From NCBI RefSeq assembly GCF_009914755.1, contig NC_060925.1: a stretch of 64,000 nucleotides of DNA, one strand, 5' to 3'. The position numbers were made by a program, and so were the translations under genes. Below the pieces are notes generated by a model that was not told where the DNA came from, did not search any database, and saw only the letters and a list, made by a program, of their open reading frames with translations. Below are positions 48,730-64,000 of this stretch, piece by piece (the stretch's first letter is position 1; each line of letters begins with the position of its first letter). This DNA is from the human T2T-CHM13v2.0 reference genome, Homo sapiens.

Positions 48730-49905
48730 GCAAATCATGAATAACCTCAGTAGATGCCGAAAAAAAATTTTGACAAAGTGCAACACCTATTCATAATAAA
48801 ACCCCTCAACAAACTAGGAATAGAAAGGATCATTCTTAACTTGATAAATGACATCTATGAAAAAACCTACAGCCAACATCATATTTAATTGTAAAAGACA
48901 TGATGCTTTCCTACTAAAAACAAGACGAAAATGTATATTCTTACCAGTTCTATTCACCATTGTACTGGAGATTCTAGCCAAGGCAATTCAGCAAGAAAAA
49001 GAAACAAAAGATTAAAAATTAAGAAATAAAACTGTCTTTATTCACAGATGATATGAATTTTTTATGTAGAAAATCCTAAAGAATTCAGTGAAAAAAAACT
49101 ACTAAAATAAGCTCAGCAAAGTCACAGGATACAAGAGCAATATACAAAATCACTTGTATTTCTATATGCTAGCAACAAACAATTTGAAAATGAAATTAAG
49201 AAAACAATTCCATTCTCAATAGATCTAAAATAATAAAATATTTAAAGATTAAATAAATGGAAAAACATCCTGCTCATAGATTAGAAGATTTACTATCATT
49301 ATGGCAACACTCCCCAAACTGCCCTATGAATTCAACACAATCATTATCAAAATCCCAGGAAGTTTTTTTTTTTTTGGCAACAATTGACAAGCTGATCCTA
49401 AAATTCTTATGGAAATACAAAAGACGCAGCCAAATAACCTTGGGAAAAAAACAAAGTTGAAGGTCTCACACTTCCTGATTTCAAAACTCACTACAAAGCT
49501 ATAGTAATTGAGACAGTGTCGTACTGGCATAAGAAGTGACAAGTAGATCAATGAAATAGAAAGTCCAGAAATAAACCCAAACATCCATGAAATACTGATT
49601 TTTGAAAAAAAGTGACAAGACACTTCAATAGGAAAAAAAGTCTGTTCAACAAGTGGTGCTGAAGCAAATGAATATCCATGTGCAAAAGGATGAATTTGGA
49701 CCCCTACCTCACACCATACACAAAATTTAACTCAAAATGACAGACCTAATTTTCTAATTAGAAAATCCTGAGAAGAAAACAAAAGTAAACCTTTAGGACC
49801 TGAGGTTAATCAATGATTTATTAGATTCAACACCAAAAGTACAAGCAATAAAAGAACAAAAATTGGTCAGACTTAATGAAAATTTAAAACTTTTGCACTT
49901 TAAAA
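48730..49905 (+). mobile_element. L1M ORF2 fragment
   Basis: RT-like ttattcacagatgatatg, cttcctgatttcaaaactcactacaaagctatagtaat. Confidence 0.8.
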
Positions 49906-49964
49906 ATAAGAGTTAATTCTGATATTCCCAATTAAATGTAATATTAGAGTTTTTACTTACTTGA

Positions 49965-51422
<1,458 letters not shown>

Positions 51423-53714
51423 TTATGCCATGAACTTAATACAGTTAGGCTCATTTTTTTTTAATTGCTAAGGATTGCTTTGTTTTTTCCTTTTGTTCTA
51501 ATTTTCTTTCATAATTATACAAAACACTTACATGGTTCTAAACTATTAAAAAGGAACATTCAGGTAAAGCTTAACTTTCATTCCTGTCCCCTCTACTCTG
51601 TTCCTTCCTTCTCCCTATAAGTAAATACAGTTATAAGTTTGTGGTTTATCCTTTCATTGTTTTTTGAAAGCATAAGGAAATACACTCATATCTCCCTCAT
51701 TCCTTACATAAAAAGTACAATACTCTACATTCTGTCCACATACATTGCTCTTTCACATAACAGTACATCTTGGAGATCACTCCATGGGAGTAAAGAGATA
51801 TCTTCCCCAATCCTTTTTATAGCTGCATAGTAGTAATTCATTTTGCAGCTATACCAGGCCTGATGAGCATCTGAGTTGTTTTTAGTCTTGCTATTACAAA
51901 TACTATTGTAATAAGTAACCTTGTACATGCTTCATTTCATATTTTTTTGCCAGTGAATTTTTGGGACAGAATCCTAGAAGTGGAATTGCTAATCAAAGGG
52001 TGACTGCACACATAGTTTTGTTTAATATTGCTAACTTCTTCTCCATTAGGGTTATATCATTTGCAATAACCTTTTAACTGTTTCCCTTCTTCCACTCTTG
52101 TCTACCTACACCCATTCTCCCTCATATCTTATAAAATCCTATAAAATACTAATTGAATCATATTACTCTCTTACTTAAAATCTTTCAGTGGCTTCCCATT
52201 GCATTTAGAATAAAATCCAATCTCTTCACACTATAAAAACTTAGATGATAGAGCTCCTGCCTCTGTATCAAGTTAGGATTAAGTTTGACTATGAGCAAGA
52301 AAGACCCAAAATGACAACAGCTAAAACAAGAGAGAAGTTTACTTCTCTGACAAGTAAGTCTAGAGGAAGACTGCCCAAGGCTGGCACTGGAGTTCACCTT
52401 CAAGAAAACCTCAGGGCACAAGCTCCTCCCAGGCCATGCTCTGTCATCCCTAGGACTTGTTCCTCAACCCCATGACCTAAGAGAATAGCTATAGTACTAG
52501 TCATAATATCAATGTTCCAGGCAGCAAAGTTGGAAGAAGGGAAAAGTAAGAAAAGGGGGAAGGGGTACATGCCAGTTGTTTTTTATTATAGGTAAGATTT
52601 CTGGAAGCTCTATATGACACTTCAATTTGTATCCCAAATCAGAACATATTCATATGACTATACCTACCTACGAGGAAGGCTGGAAAATATCATCTTTATT
52701 CTGGGCAGCCAGGTGCCCTAGCCAAAAATTGGGACATTTTATGCCATGGAAGAAGTCTTTGCTGCACAACCTATTCAGTTTCAGCTCATAATAGGCCATA
52801 CACCCTTATTCACTATGCTCTAGCCAAAAAACTTCCTTTGTTCTTCAAAGCAGCCAAACTCTTACCTATCTCAAGGTTTCTCCTGCCTAGCACACCCTTC
52901 CTCAGATCTTCACATGGCTGGTTCCAACTCATCATTCAGGACTCAGTTCAAAAGGTCACTTCCTCAGACAGACCTTCTTTGACTACTGTATGAAAGGTAG
53001 GCCCCACCCCAGTCACCCTTTTTCATATTGCACTGCCTTATTTTCTTCATAGCATTTGTCTCCATCTGAAATTATTAACCTTTTGCCTTATTTCACTAAA
53101 ATATAATTTCCTCAGAACAAAGACCTTTTTTCACTTCTTCACTGCTATATTCCTATTATGCAGTACAATTCTAAGCACATGGTAGGAGTTTAAGATTAGT
53201 TGAATGGATGAATGTCTGACTCCAAAGCCCATGCTTTTCCCATTACATCTACTGCTCCTAGTACATCTGAAATAATATCCCATTCCAGTAGTCAATCTTT
53301 GTTTTTTTGAGAATGACAGCCTAATAATTTTCTTTCAATCAAGATTTTTAAAAAATTATTCCTAAAGTAAAAGAAAATCTTATGCTCAGTAAGTAAAAAG
53401 AAGAGATTTGGATAAAACATCATGGGCAAGACTCTTAAGTTCCTCGATCTCACAGTTTTCATCTGTAAAAAGAAAGAGTTGATTAAAATTGATTTAATCT
53501 ATAGATATTTACCAAGCATTATGCTAAACTGGGACATGAAGGTTAAATAAGATAATTTCTGACCTCAAAAGGGGCTCACAGGTGCCTTTCAACTCTACAA
53601 TTTGTAAGATTCTATATAATTGTTAGTCTGTACCCTCTGTGTTAACAGAAAAAGCCTACCAATTTCCACTACTGAGATATTAATTAAAAGATGTCGAGAC
53701 ATTGATAAACACAT

Positions 53715-61688
<7,974 letters not shown>

Positions 61689-62296
61689 CTATAAAAAAAA
61701 ATCAAGACAAAAGAAGTTTAAGAATTAGGAAACAATAAGAATTTAATCATAGCATTTAAAACATCTAATACAAATATATTATTGAGTACCTGATTTTTGC
61801 ACTCCAACCAAATGAGTTTGCAGGACTTTTTGCAGATCCTTGAACAGACCTTTACCTTTGCTGTACCTTCTCTTTAGAATGCTCTTCTCCCAAGTGTTCA
61901 CATGGCAAGTTCCTTCACTTCATCAGTTCTCTACCCAAATGTAATCCAAGAGGCCACTCGATCTAAAGTAGCACCTGCACCCACTCCAACTTTGTATCAC
62001 CTCATCTGGCTTTACTTTTCTTCACAGCACTTATTACTACCCAACATTATATTCTTGTCTGCAATTTTTTTGTATTTTTATTATCTGTCTTCCCTACTGG
62101 TGTATAAGCTGGATGACAGCAGTGATTTTGTCTATTTAGTTCTCTCTAGAACAATGCTATCTAGAATAAGTGTTCAATAAATATTTAACATAAAATTTAT
62201 GTTTCACTTTTAGAAACCTCAAACTATAGATTTCAAAAGTAGTAACCATTCCTAAAGTATCTAATTTGATTAGTCTTAATTTAAAAAATTGTTTGG

Positions 62297-62807
<511 letters not shown>

Positions 62808-62874
62808 GATATTTGGGAATATTTTTTGCCATGCTCTATTAGAACCACAGGTACGATTAAAAACAAAAACACTT

Positions 62875-64000
<1,126 letters not shown>

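Noticed and set aside
52255-52760. Possible MLT1 (MaLR) LTR fragments here and at ~46517-46870 and ~59700-60085
   Set aside because: Resemblance only; subfamily and boundaries cannot be supported without alignment

Overview
Primate (most likely human) genomic DNA holding the 3' halves of two convergent, intron-containing genes. The + strand carries nine coding exons of KLHL20 (BACK domain and Kelch repeats, 5924-39407, then a ~1.4 kb 3'UTR). The - strand carries the last three constitutive coding exons of CENPL (61688-54616) plus a 138-nt in-frame Alu-derived cassette exon (60609-60746). Exon numbers are from memory of the genes. The rest is mostly repeats: over 40 Alu pieces, a full-length sense L1PB in KLHL20 intron 7, older L1M/L2/MIR fragments, DNA transposons (MER53, MER20, Charlie1a, Tigger3a, MER58A, a mariner relic), and full-length 7SK and Y1 RNA retropseudogenes. 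There are no CRISPR arrays, tRNA or rRNA genes, and I found no evidence for a wholly new biological system. The most interesting signals are RNA-processing hypotheses: regenerated donors at KLHL20 exon starts, an Alu inserted into a 3' splice site, an L1 abutting a donor, a palindrome masking a miR-30 site, and Alu exonisation with an inverted partner. Repeat subfamily names come from recalled consensus sequences, and repeat boundaries are approximate.
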